Assembly (NCBI GenBank): GCA_029953675.1
Contig: JAMWBK010000003.1
Coordinates: 2,542,001 to 2,606,000 of the forward strand
From: Rhodosorus marinus CCMP1338
Taxonomy: Eukaryota; Plantae; Rhodophyta
Direction: 5' to 3'
Length of the DNA: 64,000 nt
Shown: positions 34,377 to 47,504 of the stretch, piece by piece
Layout: each line of letters opens with the position of its first letter
Numbering within the stretch: the stretch's first letter is position 1
The notes under the pieces: generated by a model
Databases searched by the model: none
What the model was told of the DNA's origin: nothing
The model's input: the letters and a program-made list of their open reading frames with translations, nothing else
Program-made: the position numbers and the translations under genes

Positions 34377-35292
34377 TCAAAACAGATTGCGCTTGGGAGA
34401 CTTTTTAGAGGGCTGCCGTCTTGTTTCCAAGCGTGGACTGACAGATTCTGATCGACCCTTATACTGCTTTTTCAAGGAGGCGCGCTTCACGTAGAGCGTG
34501 CTGCTCTCATGTTTTGGGCTCGCGGCTGCTTTCACGCCCCTGAGGACCGGGCCGATTTCTGGCAACGTGACGCTTTCAGTTAGCTTTGGCGTTCCCGGAG
34601 CTTTCTTGGGGGGGGTTGGAGAGTGCATGAGCAGTTTAAGACGCGCGTAGAGGTCCATGGAGACAGGAGTTTCCACGCTCGCCTCGTCCCCACTGTCGGT
34701 GACTTCGTCCAGTTCAATGGACTCCAAGCTTGGTCTCGGCACACCAAAGTCATCCTCATCACTACTGCTGAGCTGTGTCGCCTGAGGTGATTTGCCAGAA
34801 TCTCTGATCGTGACTTTCACTAAGAGGAGCAGAAATGGGAGAAGCGCTTGCGATGTCAGGTGAATTCACAGCTTGGAGGACCAACTAGACCAGTATCATG
34901 GTGGTCGTCTCACCTCTTCTCCAGAACGAGCTGGTTGGGTCCAGGAGAGATCCCTGACAGGCTGGACCGTTTCCACCATCTAGGGGGGACGTCATAAGTG
35001 CCTTCACTGGGTGTAAATCAGTGACTGGGAACGACAGGTCTTCCATTTCAGTCTCAGCATCGTACGAGCTCTGGGTGCTGTTGTTCAGGAGGAAGTCATC
35101 GTCAAATGCCATTTCTTCTTTACCACCGCTTATTTTCTGATAATCTGGAGACAGAAGTCCACAACGAGAGGTAGGGTCAGTGACTGGGAAGACGTAGAAG
35201 ACGGCGTTCAGGTCCGTATCGAAAAACTCACCAGAGAACATATCATCCTCCTGCAGAAACTCAGTCCAGACCATCTCAACTTCGTTCTCCAT
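34377..35292 (-). CDS. Uncharacterised acidic/Ser-Pro-rich protein (two exons)
   Basis: ORFs 34885..35376 (from ATG 35292) and 34377..34820. Disordered composition, several SP/TP sites, basic C-terminus. Confidence 0.6.
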
Positions 35293-37809
35293 CACTACGA
35301 GCAGTCCGCAACCGAAACTAGAGGGCAAAAAAAAGAAAGAAGCGCAGCCTTCCGACCTGATCGAACCTTCTTTCACAATCCAACAACAAGAACCAAAAGC
35401 TCATTGAGAGATCCAGCTGACGGCCTCCTCACACTGCCCCACCCACAATCAGACCCTTTATATAATACCAGCCCGCGCGAAAATTTCCCCGCACCCGTTT
35501 CTATCAACCTCCTCTTCCGCCACCTCCTTGAAACAACTCCAATAAATAAATAAAACCTGGGAGGCGAGCCAAAACACGACCCGACACCACCCCCCCCCCA
35601 AAAAAAAGTGCAAACAAAAATGCAAATAATTATTTGGATAATAAAATATTAGCGGATCTTATGGATGGAAAAACTTTTGCCGAGTCCGTTCCGTGGGGAT
35701 CCATTTTGACAGAGGACTAGTAGATAGCGTCTGGGCTTTTTCGGAGCTCCGTGAAGGGCATATTTTGGCAGACTTGAGGGCTTTTTGGATCGATGGGAAA
35801 AAGCATCATAAGATGAAAGAGAAAATATAGGGAGAAGCTAGACGGAACCAGAAAAAACAAAATGGGGGTCAAAAGCCTCCCAAGGAATTTTCTTGGAAGT
35901 GCAAAACCGACACCAGAAATGGGTAGGAGGAGGATGGGGTGAGGAGCAGAGGAATGAAAAAATAACATTCTCAGTTACAAAGAGTGGGCCGATTGGTGTG
36001 CTTTTACGTCTATTGGACCTGGGGAAATCCGCCTCCAATCCGATCAGATCGCGCCGCGTGCAAGGGGGATAGGAGAGGCAGGAGGATTCTCACAAAATAA
36101 CCGGCAAACTCTAAATCCCCCTCCCTTCCGCGCGCCCATCGATTGCCTTATCGCTCGTGAGCCAGCAGCGTTTTTTTTTGGTTCAATGATTTCCAACTCG
36201 CCACATTGCGAAACCTGATATCGAAACGAAAAAAAAAACCTGCTGGGCGGGGAAACAGGAAAGCCAACGTACTCAGAGAGATTTCTGACTACGCGGGCCC
36301 CCGGCGGAGGAGAGGGCATGCCGGGTGTTCTCACGTTCCATAAAAAAAGGAAGGTTCATGTCAGATTCAGATGCTGAAACGATGATCCAGGTATTGAGTA
36401 TCTCCTTATCTTGTCATCTTCAGCCCCAATATCCCGCTCGTTAGTCCCTCACCCTTCCCCCCGTCCCATGAGACGATACTCCCCTTCACAGACTATCAGC
36501 CTGTAGATTGGTGGAAAAAAAAGGGAGTGGGACAAGATCCTCGTAAATGGGCAAATGGGAAATTCTGAAAGTGGGACAAAACGCTAAAAATATTCAAATA
36601 TTCATGACTTATTCCTGGATAGTTGTAGTGGTACTTACTGAGCCTGAGATGTGGGCAGGGTTTTTTTCTCGTTCATACCTCCAAAAATCTATAAATAAAT
36701 TGACAAAATATAATAGAATAAGGCAAATTTGGAGCTGGTGGTTTCTTGGAGGTTTAGAATTTACTATTTTCAATTGTTTTGTATAGTGGCTTAACGAGAA
36801 GGTCTATTTTTAATAATAAAGGATTGATTATTGTATTATGAGATTTTTCATGAGAAATTCATCTCATTCTGCGCGGGACATCGGTGCAACTAGAGGAAGG
36901 GGTGTGGAAGAAATACTTCAAACAAAATTGTGTTGATAATGTTTGCATAAATAAAGAAAATAAGATTCTTGAGTCGATTGAATGCCCCTCGTCAAACTTG
37001 TCGAAAAGAAACAACTCCGCCCTTGGGATAGGATATTTGTTTTTTCATTTAAAATCGATATCCGTTTCCCGACGCCAAAAAAAAGGATGACGAAGGGGTA
37101 AAGTATTTCAACCAATTCCGTGTTTACTTAGAAAAACAATTCATTTAACGCATATTTCTAGAATTTTCTCGCAATCAAAATTCTAACCCCTGCTACAATC
37201 TGCTGCTTTCTGCCCATCCAATATCCAACATTGAAGTACGGAAATATTCGGAGCATTGAACATTCCCTTCTTTCCCCTCCCCCGCCCCGCCCCTCAAAAA
37301 AAACTAGGCCACCATTTGCTGCAAACTGAGTTTTGTCTTCAAACCAAAAAAATGGAAATCATCTATAATGTTTTACATGAATTTAAGTTTTTTTTCATTT
37401 GCAAGGTGAACCGCGCAAATTGTGAATGTTTGACGGACAGGTAAAAATGAGTAGATGGATATTGCCGTTCTATGTTAAAGGAAATATATATCTATCTATC
37501 TATCTTTTCTAGTTAGAATTTTGTAAATAAATAAACTGGGATTGCCTTTTGCTAGTTCAAAAGCTCCATCCACATAGTTCATTTCGGAATACGGGCGGGA
37601 AAAGCCTCCATTGAATATTATTAGAGAAAATTGGGTGAGAGTGCTATTGGGTTTTTCATGGGAGGAGGCTGGAGAGAGTGGGGGGGGGAAGAGATTCTGG
37701 CTGCTGGCTGGGGAAACTTCATCGTTGCGGTGCTTTGATGAGTTTTGATTCTGTGCAGGTAAAATGATCCGTGAGAGATGAGATAATCTACTTTCTGCAA
37801 GTGAGATTG

Positions 37810-38645
37810 GCCTCTACAGGTCTTGAGAGAAAGTCACAGTGATATCACAGCTATGGCCCGGTAGAGCTTTTTGGCGATTACTCTTCGTCGCTTTCCATGG
37901 ATTGGCAGATCTTGGCTTTTTTTCCCCATAAAGCGACTCGTACTTCAGACGCGCATCGGAGGTGGCTACAATCTGGCATATTTTCTTGAATGTCCGAAGA
38001 TCACAACGTTTGGATTGCCAATCCGTCTGTTAAGCAAGTTATCCAATCCTACACTCTTGAAGGCTGCGTATGGCGGGATCCAAGGGCTTAGTGAACCCTC
38101 TTCAAAACTGAGGGGATAGCTTTTTGGGACCTGCACACGAGTAGTGAATCTGCCGTCGCCACTGACAAGCGGATGTGCGCAGACCTATGCCTCCAGACTT
38201 CTTCAAAGACTCCGCCTGCTGCGAAGGTCGCGGCCGACTGAGCATAGCCGCCAGCAGAGGGAAGCATCAAGCGTACGGGCTCCGCAGAGGAAGTGAGCTG
38301 ATTGCTGAGACCGAAGTCGGGGAATCGTCCTCGTTAAATGAGTGCTGGGGTTCCGGAAACAGTTGGATTTCTGATTCCATTGTAGTCTTGCTACCAAAAG
38401 TGTAACACTTTCTGGCAAGAAGCGGGTTCAAGCACTCCTTCTTGTAAGGAATCGAGCAAAAGCGTCGGAACAATACTATGGTTGAGGCGCCTGTAGTGCA
38501 GTAGACGGTTGCATAACGTATCCAACAGGAGTCCTGCACGCAAAGGCCCCAATCTCCTGTCTACGAGCGTAACTAAGGGAGCAGCAGCAAGAACACACAT
38601 TTCCACCAGCGCAGTGAACGAACGGTACGCAGGTATGAGCACCAT
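37810..38645 (-). other. Possible orphan or decayed gene
   Basis: Protein-like open blocks in different frames (MVLIPAYRSFTALVEMCVLAA…; CDLRTFKKICQIVATSDARLKYESLYG). Splicing not resolved. Confidence 0.2.
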
Positions 38646-38701
38646 ATCCACTCGCCGGGAAGCTGTTGGAATTTTACAAAGTTTAAATAACGCTATTGAG
38701 T

Positions 38702-39817
38702 CTATAGGAAAACTCGATAAGCGCCGACATATTTGTTGGAATCGGCGATCTCCTCGTAGTGATACCCACTATCCCGCAAATAGCGCCCAACCGCGGGTTT
38801 GAGTCGAGGCGCGCCATGAATCCCACGGCTGTGGTGACCCGATCCCGTGAGAATACGAACAGTAGTGTGTTTGGTTGCTCCCTCGAGCTCCAGACCTAAT
38901 CGCTCAATAGCCTCCTTAACGTGCAAACCGTGGAGATCCAGTTGACCTCCCGCGATGCCTCGGGAATTACGATATCGGAATATCGCATCTGCTGCAAGGG
39001 CATGTTTCTCTTTCATCTGTAAATTGTACGCGCGTCCCTTACTGGCATGCTGGTGAGCTGCGGCCCCGTTGCCAGCCGATGACGCTGCCGCAGCTTGAGC
39101 GAAACAGTGATTTCTGAGACGTGCGAGATCGGACGCCTCCTCCCGATACCTTGTGTAAAGTTCACTGACGGATTCGCCTGTTTCCACCCATGCCTCAACG
39201 CCAGTCGTTTGTCGAACGTTGGTGCTAGAGCCACGCGAGCTGGCACTACTAGCAGAGACCCTGCTGCCGTCGATGCTGGACCAGCCTTTTGGTTTCGTGT
39301 AACATTCTGAAATGAACATCTTGGCGTCCAATACGCTATACTTGCACTCCTTCAGAATGTAAGCGACGTCCTCGGGGTCAACCCACGGGAACTCATCGAC
39401 TAGGCTCCTCTCCTTCGTAACAGATGCAAAATCCAGTCCGGGCTCTCCTGGCTCTCCAGGCTCCCCAACTCTGGCATCGTCTACGAGAGACGGGAATGCG
39501 GAGCTCCAGGCCGAAACAGCTGCATCGTATGCTTCCTTATCAAACAAAGAAGCGTCCTCGGAATTCAGGATACCGCGCACTTCTGGGTCATCCTCAACTC
39601 TGCCCTCCTCCTCCTTCGGAGATTCCAAAACCACGTCATCCTTCTTCCGATCTTCAACCGTGCTTGGGCCGTCCAACTCCTGCGAAAGCTTCAAGCCTTT
39701 TCTTTCTTTAAGATCAGGAGAAGGTTTTGCGACAGCAACTCCACCCATCAGACTCGCGAGTGCTTCGCTGTCGCCCATCTCAATCGCCTTGAGAAGCGCA
39801 TCTTCAGTGTTCTCCAT
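38702..39817 (-). CDS. CUE-like + DUF1771 + Smr domain protein (N4BP2/Cue2/NONU-1-like nuclease)
   Basis: Intronless 371 aa. LVDEFPWVDPEDVAYILKEC (CUE-like), AAAASSAGNGAAAHQHASKGR (DUF1771-like), QLDLHGLHVKEA and ILTGSGHHSRG (Smr). Confidence 0.85.
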   Translation of the reverse strand: MENTEDALLKAIEMGDSEALASLMGGVAVAKPSPDLKERKGLKLSQELDGPSTVEDRKKDDVVLESPKEEEGRVEDDPEVRGILNSEDASLFDKEAYDAAVSAWSSAFPSLVDDARVGEPGEPGEPGLDFASVTKERSLVDEFPWVDPEDVAYILKECKYSVLDAKMFISECYTKPKGWSSIDGSRVSASSASSRGSSTNVRQTTGVEAWVETGESVSELYTRYREEASDLARLRNHCFAQAAAASSAGNGAAAHQHASKGRAYNLQMKEKHALAADAIFRYRNSRGIAGGQLDLHGLHVKEAIERLGLELEGATKHTTVRILTGSGHHSRGIHGAPRLKPAVGRYLRDSGYHYEEIADSNKYVGAYRVFL

Positions 39818-41601
39818 CAGCGCACTTTGGAAACAGTACTACTCCATCACAACGCTCACAGAATGCTGCGGTTCACTGAAATTAAGAGTACAAAACTAGG
39901 GGTAGAACTCCTGCAAATTCCAGCCAGCTTGTCTCAGAGAACTTATAAGAGTCCGTCCGTCTCTCCCCTTCTGCCCACCCTGTTGGGCTGAGTCGTTTTA
40001 GAGTTGTTCTATGGGAACGAATTTTCATTCGGGCCAGCAGCGTCTGTGAATTCCTCGGCTTTTCTAAGTTCACAAACTTGGTGTTAACGAACGCATAACC
40101 AGATACAGTAGTACTAGGGTCTCGATAGTACTATTTTGAAAGCAGTTGGGGGGGAGATAATTGGCTTTGCACAAGCGCCATTCGAGGCGGACATCCTGAG
40201 ACCTGCTACGGTATTCGGACCAGAAGCGGGCTGAAATAGTGCATGAGGGTTCAAGAAACATCACAGAGAAAGGATATCCATAATTCTCACGGAATAAATC
40301 CTGTTCAGAAGTAACCACTAACTGGTAAGCAACGTTGACAGCCTCGTCACCCACCGCTTACTCGAAGCCGCTTCACTACCAGATATCGCCCTAAACTCAA
40401 CCAAAAATACTCAAGCAACTCCTTCGAACCAGAAATATACGTTAATCTCCAGTTTTAGTCTGAAAAGTACTTGCGAGGTACAACCCATAGGTACCTAAAT
40501 AAGCCATAAACATCAAAATTAGGATTTAATATCATTTATTATAAATTATTAGGTTTCCAAATAATTGTAAATATTCCTTTTCTAATCCATAGTACGTATT
40601 GTTGGTTGCCTTGGTAGATGGAAATGCTGCCTATATCAGGGATAGCAGACCTACTGCTATCCGTTATTTTGTATAGAGCCAAAACAGCGCCTCTATACAA
40701 AATAAAAGAAAAAAACCTGAACATAAAATATCGCTTATACGATATTTTGCTTCAGTTTTAACTATATAAAAGACGACATCATATAAAATAATATTTAAAT
40801 GTAGTTATATGGTTAATAATCGTTATATATTAATCAATTTATGATATTGGGATCCTCCTTTGTGGACGTGACTCTAGGTTGGGCCTTTGGGGCCGACTGG
40901 ATGTTCGGAGGTCTTCCAGAGCTTCATGGCATTGGCCGAAGACTTAAATAGAAGACGAAAGTTACATTAATCGTGAAAGGTAGAGAAGGTGGAATGTGAT
41001 ACACAGTAACAAAACCTACCAGGCATTTTTGGATTCAATATTTGACCGCCCCTCTCCCAAACCGTCGAAGCGACCTAATCCAGCTGGAGGTTCGTTCTAG
41101 CAGAGGCTCTTCGACTAGTGCGCAAGGGCCTTATGGAGCCCGTTTAACCCCAGAACAGGACATCCGAACTACACACATCGTCCCCCCGGTCGTCTGTCCT
41201 CATCGCGGTGGATTGAGAGACCAGCGGTGACCTTGCTTCGAAGAAGCGTTGGTGGTTCACATTTCTTGAACTGAAAAGAGTGGACACCGAACGGAAGGGC
41301 CATAGCGTGAATAACGTATCGAATGAATTCTGGCTCAGTGGGAAAACCAGTCTTGGTTGGAGAGCGTGTGGTGAGCAAGTGAGTAAATGAGCACAGAATA
41401 GGAATAATAAAGTTCAGTGCATACGCACAGAGGTCTGGAATGGAAGTTGTGCCTTGGTTGTAGTTTATGGACGGGTGAGGTAGGGAAGTTGGAGAGCGTG
41501 GGGTGGGTGTCAACTTTGTTTTCTTTTCCGGTTCTGAAACGGAGCGAGGATCAGGAATTTCCCCTGTTTGGATATTGAGCCTTTGTGTTTTCGCGGAAGG
41601 T

Positions 41602-43219
41602 ATGGGGAAGAAGGTGCTGATCGTGGGAGGAGGGCCCGCGGGATGTGCGGCCGGGGCTACATTCGGGATGAGAGGGGACGATGTTACAATTGTGGATATG
41701 AGGGAGGACTTGAGGATCAGGAATGGAGGACCTGGGCCCGAGCAGAGATCTATTAATTTGGCTTTATCGACGAGAGGCCTGACGGCGTTGGATGCGATCG
41801 GTTGTGGAGATGGCGCCAGGGAGCTAGGGGTTCCGATGCATGGGAGGGAGGTACATGCGTTGGATGGAAGTACTCAGTTTCAGCAGTATGGTCAATTTGG
41901 ACAGTATCTTTTATCTGTTCCCCGGTCTGCACTCAATGAACTTGTGATAGATGCGGCTGAGAAGAATGGGTGTCAAGTTCTATTCGGGCATAAATGCCGT
42001 GACCTATCCTTGGACGAACCGAGTGTTACCGTGGAAGTTGGACAAGGAACGGAGCGCAAACTGCAGGCCGATCTTGTGATCGGAGCGGATGGTGCTTTCT
42101 CAAGAGTGAGAGCGATGATGATGCGCAAAGAATGGTTCAACTATTCTCAGGATTATATCCCAGCAGCATACAAGGAGTTGTCTATATCTGCGGAGAATGG
42201 CAAAGACATGCGGCTGGAAGCCCTTCACATCTGGCCCCGGCACCAATTTATGCTCATTGCATTACCCAACCTCGACCGGTCCTTCACCTGCACATTGTTC
42301 TTGGACAGAGACCAGTTCGACAAAATCACAACACCTGCGCAAGTGAGAGAATTCTTCCAGAAGTGGTTCCCAGATGCCCTCGAGCTCATGCCAGACGTCG
42401 ACGTTCAATTTTTCAACAATCCAACGCCGGGTCTTGTGACTGTCAAGACGTACCCATACCACTACTCCGACAAAGCACTTCTCATCGGTGACGCTGCACA
42501 TGCGATAGGTAAGCTTGGGGATGAAACATTCTCTTGCTTAATCCGCAGGGCACCTGTAGCTATAATTGTGGTCAGAGAAAGTCGGACTAGAATGCGCAGT
42601 CGCAGTTGAGCACAATACTTGATGATCGTCTTGTCGATCATTTGCTAAACAATGCCTTTTCTCTCGTGTCTGGTATCGGACAGTTCCGTTCTATGGGCAG
42701 GGATGTAATCTAGCTCTGGAGGACGTGCGAATACTTTCCGATCTCTTGGAGGAGCACGGTGGAATATTATCTAGTGTTCTCCGCGAGTTCACAGAGAAGA
42801 GAAAACAAAATGCTGATACGATTGCAAAGCTTGCCCTTGACAACTACTCGGACATGGCCTCGAGAACTGCTTCCGCGTACTTTCAGATGCGGAAGAAGAT
42901 CGGTCTCGCTTTGAACAGGTAAAACGAACAGAAGAATGTCTCACCCGGATTGTTTGCGGAGGCGTGCTCTATTTCGCGGTCTGAACACCCCTCCCGATGC
43001 TTGTTCTCGAGTAGAATTGCTCCGAAGACTTTTGTCCCGTTGTACACGATGATTTCCTTTTCGAACGTGCCGTACAGTGAGGCAGAGCAAAGCGCGCAGA
43101 GAACGGAAAGAGCGATCACTAGCCTGTTCTCAACTGCCGCAGTACTGAGTGTGTTGGCCGCAGGAACTGCGGCGACGGTTGCGGCAGTGAAGACGTACCA
43201 GAAATCAACCAGATCTTGA
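41602..43219 (+). CDS. KMO: Kynurenine 3-monooxygenase
   Basis: GGGPAG, RSINLALSTRG, VIGADGAFS, LHIWPR, IALPNLDRSFTCTLF, GDAAHAI|VPFYGQGCN and FVPLYTMISFS. Two introns. Confidence 0.93.
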
Positions 43220-43356
43220 TGGTGTTCTGTTTTATTTCAAGGTTACGGCGATCTCGAAGTCCCTTTTTTTGTCAGATCCAAGAGCATGGGAAGCCTGGAA
43301 TGGTTCCCTTCTGTACAGAGCCTTCCTCTTTTTGTTTAGAATGTACTGTTAGGGTT

Positions 43357-44052
43357 TCAGAGATCAGGAAGGGGAATCACAGGACTCGTGTTCGGTAAAA
43401 TGTTGTACAGAACCACCAAGACGAAGACCACAACGAAAACAATACCAATCCAATTTTGCTTGTATGGAGAGGCCGTTTCCTGCTTGAGCCTTTCCCGTAG
43501 CTTCTTGTCAATCTTTGGCTTTCTTCTTCTAGGCTTTGACTGAATGGATTTAAGATCAATCCAATAGTCTTCTCCGGTCCTAGGGTCCGAAGGTTTTTTC
43601 ACAAGCGGCCGAGTTTCCATCTTGTCCCAGTCTGGCTGCATCTCACCAGTCCTTCGCTTCCGACGAAGTTTCTTGCTTCTTTGCGATATTCGCCTGCGCT
43701 CGGACTCGGTCTAGAAAACGAACAAGGGGAAACATCAGAACTTCCCAAAACCTACATGAAAGGCAACCGAACCCACAGAATTCCAAAAGCTTACCCTCAT
43801 ATTTGTAGGGTCATTCGGTCGCTGCACAGTCCTCTCCTCCTCGGTCAAATACTCTTCCAACCCGAGCAAAATTTCGTCCTCACCCTCGGTCAAAATCTCC
43901 GTCTTCGGGGGAACAGGCCTCTCCAGGTCATCACCAGCCTCCTCCTTCGCCTTGAACACAGTTCGAACCCTCCTACGAGCACATACTGTACTCCTCCTCC
44001 TTCCAGGTACCAGACCAAGCACCGCTCCAGGCCCTCCTACAAACCCAACCAT
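43357..44052 (-). CDS. Uncharacterised plastid-targeted single-pass membrane protein (two exons)
   Basis: Starts MVGFVGG (transit-like), then an acidic middle. The second exon ends ASPYKQNWIGIVFVVVFVLVVLY…PVIPLPDL*. Confidence 0.7.
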
Positions 44053-45225
44053 CCCTGCCCAGCCCCAACCCCCCGAACAAAAGAAACTCTTCCCCAAAAC
44101 TACTCCCGCCTCCTCCCCAAAAAAATCACTCCACAAACGCCCTCCATCCTCCCCCGCAACCTCCACTATCAACCTAGTCTTAACCCTTGATATACCGCCC
44201 CAGCGCCCAATCCCAAAATCCCAATTATTCCCAACATGCGGAATCCCCACGACCATCCCCAAAGCCACATGAGACCACAGCCACATAAAGTCCCCCACCC
44301 AGACTAGCGTCTTTTTGGCAAATCCCCCACATTTAAGACTCTATTTCTCTAAAATAGCATTTCATAATTTCATTCCAAACAGTATTCTGCTTGAGCAGTG
44401 GCCATATCTAGAAATATTAGGATCTGCTCGACTTTATTCATGTCAAACAAGACCCAAATAAGAGATGAGATATATAATTATGATACGTTTGAATTATATT
44501 TTCAATATTTCATATTATCTAGATTTATTTCTTATATTTAAGATTATTTGTCCCTAAAGAGGGAACTGTACGAGGACGAGATCTTGCACTGGCGCCTGCG
44601 AAGTATCTGATCGTAGGGTAGATAGTAATTTTGATAGATTAGATGGTATATCCAATACGTATTCTGCTTGTAGGGATATTGATTTATATGAAGCAATAAA
44701 TGTGTTTTGATTGACTGTCTGTCGTTGTAACTTGGATACAAAGAAAAACACCCAGGCATCGCAGGCAGTGTGGAGCGCTGATCTGGACACACAATGGTCC
44801 AGTATTCTATTCTCAGGTCAACGGTACATAGCATGCTAAAAAGCCATCGCACCTAACCCCATACGTAACCCCATTGCGCATGAACGTGACTTTCATTCGC
44901 CTTAAGACGAAGCTCTATTGGGGTTGCGGGGCTGCGGGGCTGCATCTTGCTCACGGACGGAGACGATCGGCGATAAAGTCCTTACTGAAATATCGCTCGC
45001 TGAAAAAAGGCCCCTAGCATTCGATGGTAGCAGACTCCAAGTCCCGGCTGAGAGTGCGGACACCCCCATCGGACGCAAACCGTTTCGGGCTTTTTTGTCT
45101 CTGCCGTGATTTCCGTTGCTGAATATGCGGAACGAGATAATGAAGGTGAGCAACCGATCAGCGATGGTATCGAGTGGTTTGGGTAGGGAGGGTTCGGACA
45201 GGGCGTATTCTACCGAAGAAGCAGG

Positions 45226-46625
45226 ATGAGGACACTTATCTCAAAACCTAAACTGTTGGCTGATTGGGGCGAGGAATACGAAGAGCGTGCTGCGGAGTGG
45301 TGGGAGTTGTTCCTGGACCTTGTATTTGTGGCTGCGGCATCGAACACTGCGGACTCGCTGAAGGAGGATCTTTCCTGGCATGGGCTTCTAGCGTTTTTCC
45401 TTTTGTTTTCGTTCTTCTATTCGGGTTGGAGCTTCTACACGTTCCACCAGACTCGATACTATGGCAACTCGATGTACCACCTGGCCCTGTTATACTTTTA
45501 CATTGTCGGGACTGCGGGAATGGTGGTCAATAGCGCTGGGTTCGAGTACATGGAGGGGTTCAGCGTGGCGGCGCTTATCCAGAGGATAGCTCTAATATTG
45601 ATGTACCTGGACGCGTACATCGCGATTCCTCGAGCTCGGATACAGTGTAGAGTCGAGATCGGAACTCTCGGGGTGAGCTGTGTATGCCTCTTTTCATCGA
45701 TCCTTGTCAAGAACAAGACGTTCTCAATTGGAGTTTGGATCATTGCCGCGATCTCGGAGAATATGTTCTATATTCTACACCACATTGGCTTTGCCCATTC
45801 CCATCTGGTATGATCCACCCGAGAGCTTCAAAAAACGAAATTCGCGAATGACAAGCTTGGGTGTCTGAATTCTTTTGGATCCCTCTGGCATAGGTACCGC
45901 TTAATATTGACCATTGCGCTGAAAGAATGGGATGCTTGCTTATGGTTATCCTTGGAGAGAGTGTGGTTTCCGGTGTAATCAGCGGCCACAACATTGAACT
46001 GAAATCGCGTCGTCTAGCGTACTACGGAGCGATGATGCTTACGATTCTCATGGCATTTTCGTTCGGATTGATCTACTACGCTGTTATCCCTCCTCGTGAA
46101 CTCCACGCTTACCGCCGGTCTGTATCACACGGGATAGGTTTCGTCTGGGTGCATTGGGCGCTGCTTTCTTCGCTACTGGCGATGGGAACGGGAGTGAAAT
46201 TTGTGGTATCATCGTTGATTCACGACGAGCAACCATCGATAGAAAGAGGTCAGGTTTATCTCCTCTTCTTCTCCCTCGCGATCTCCATGCTTTGCATTGT
46301 TGTGCTTCGGGCGCTGCACTTCTGGGGCATTCAGCCAACCGCATCGGACCCTCCGAGGATCAGGAGGATAAAATACTTTTGGTGGGCTGTGATCATCGTC
46401 TGGTTTATTATCCCAGTGTCCCTCGGATTATACTTTGGGGAGAGCTCAACTGCGGTACGACCGATGGTTGCCATGGTCGCCACTGTGCCATGTGTCCTTG
46501 GCTACGCCATGTTTGAGACAGTGCTGACCCATGTACTTGATACCGATGGCTTTGGCGACCTTAAGCCTGAAGGACTTGAAGTAGACAACACGATCAGGGT
46601 CGACTCCTACCACGCGATTAAGTAG
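45226..46625 (+). CDS. Low-temperature-requirement A (LtrA) family polytopic membrane protein, copy 1
   Basis: AAEWWELFLDLVFVAA and, after intron 45808-45893, VPLNIDHCAERMGCLLMVILGESV, which are LtrA-family motifs. Many hydrophobic helices. Confidence 0.85.
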
Positions 46626-47504
46626 ACAACCGGAAGGCGAACTAACTGTTTGGAAGATTGTGGATTTAAAAAATAGGGTTTCCAGGCGCTTTTCAAGTGA
46701 GAGAGATATCGTTTAGGGTTTCGTGACCCATAAAAACAAATCTCCTGCAACGATCGGCCCTGTGTCCCAATCTCAACGATAGCGTGTAGTAGTGCAGCTT
46801 TGCCGGGAGCACCCGTACAGTGTTCTTTCTAAACTGTGAATTTCACATATGGAGTTGTGAACGACACAGGCGCACTAAAATGTAAAGCCAATAACGACTG
46901 GTGAAGAGATTCTCGCTTGGCAAAAGAAAGCCCACTTGAAAAGCTTGTCAAGAAGCGTCAATCGCAGGCCTGGTTGCTGTTTTCGGCCGATGAGGGTACG
47001 CTTTGCCAAGTCTACGACAAGCGTTTTTCTAGTTTCATCCCCAAACCTCTGCTTGGATTAGCTTCGCAATAGAACTGGCCTCTTGACACCATTGAGGCAG
47101 TCCCGGCGATTGCAAAGCATAGCCTGAGCCAGATTGTACATTGACTTTCCATGCCTTCTGGTGAAACGTGCAAAAGCTTCAACCCGAAGCGGAGAGCAAA
47201 GACAAGAGGAAGAGGACCCCTATACCTTCCATGGTGGCGGACTCGGTTCCTCTGGTTGTTAGGTCGCTGGCTGATTGCTTTTCCAAAAAGCCCATAGCGC
47301 TCGATGGTAGCAGACTCCAAGTCATGGGTGAGATTGTGGACGCCCGCATCAGATGTAAACCGTTTCGAGCTCTGCCCTGCACTGATTTCCGGTGCTGAAC
47401 GTGGAGTAGCGAGATATTGAATATGAGCAAGTTCTATCAGCAATGGCATCGAGTGGTTTGGGTAGGGGACGGTTCGTTCAGGGCGTATTCTACGAAGAAG
47501 CAGG

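Noticed and set aside
44902-45153. Conserved small ORFs upstream of both LtrA copies (also 47168-47430)
   Set aside because: Differences between copies are not concentrated at third positions and include frameshifting indels, so this is duplicated non-coding leader.
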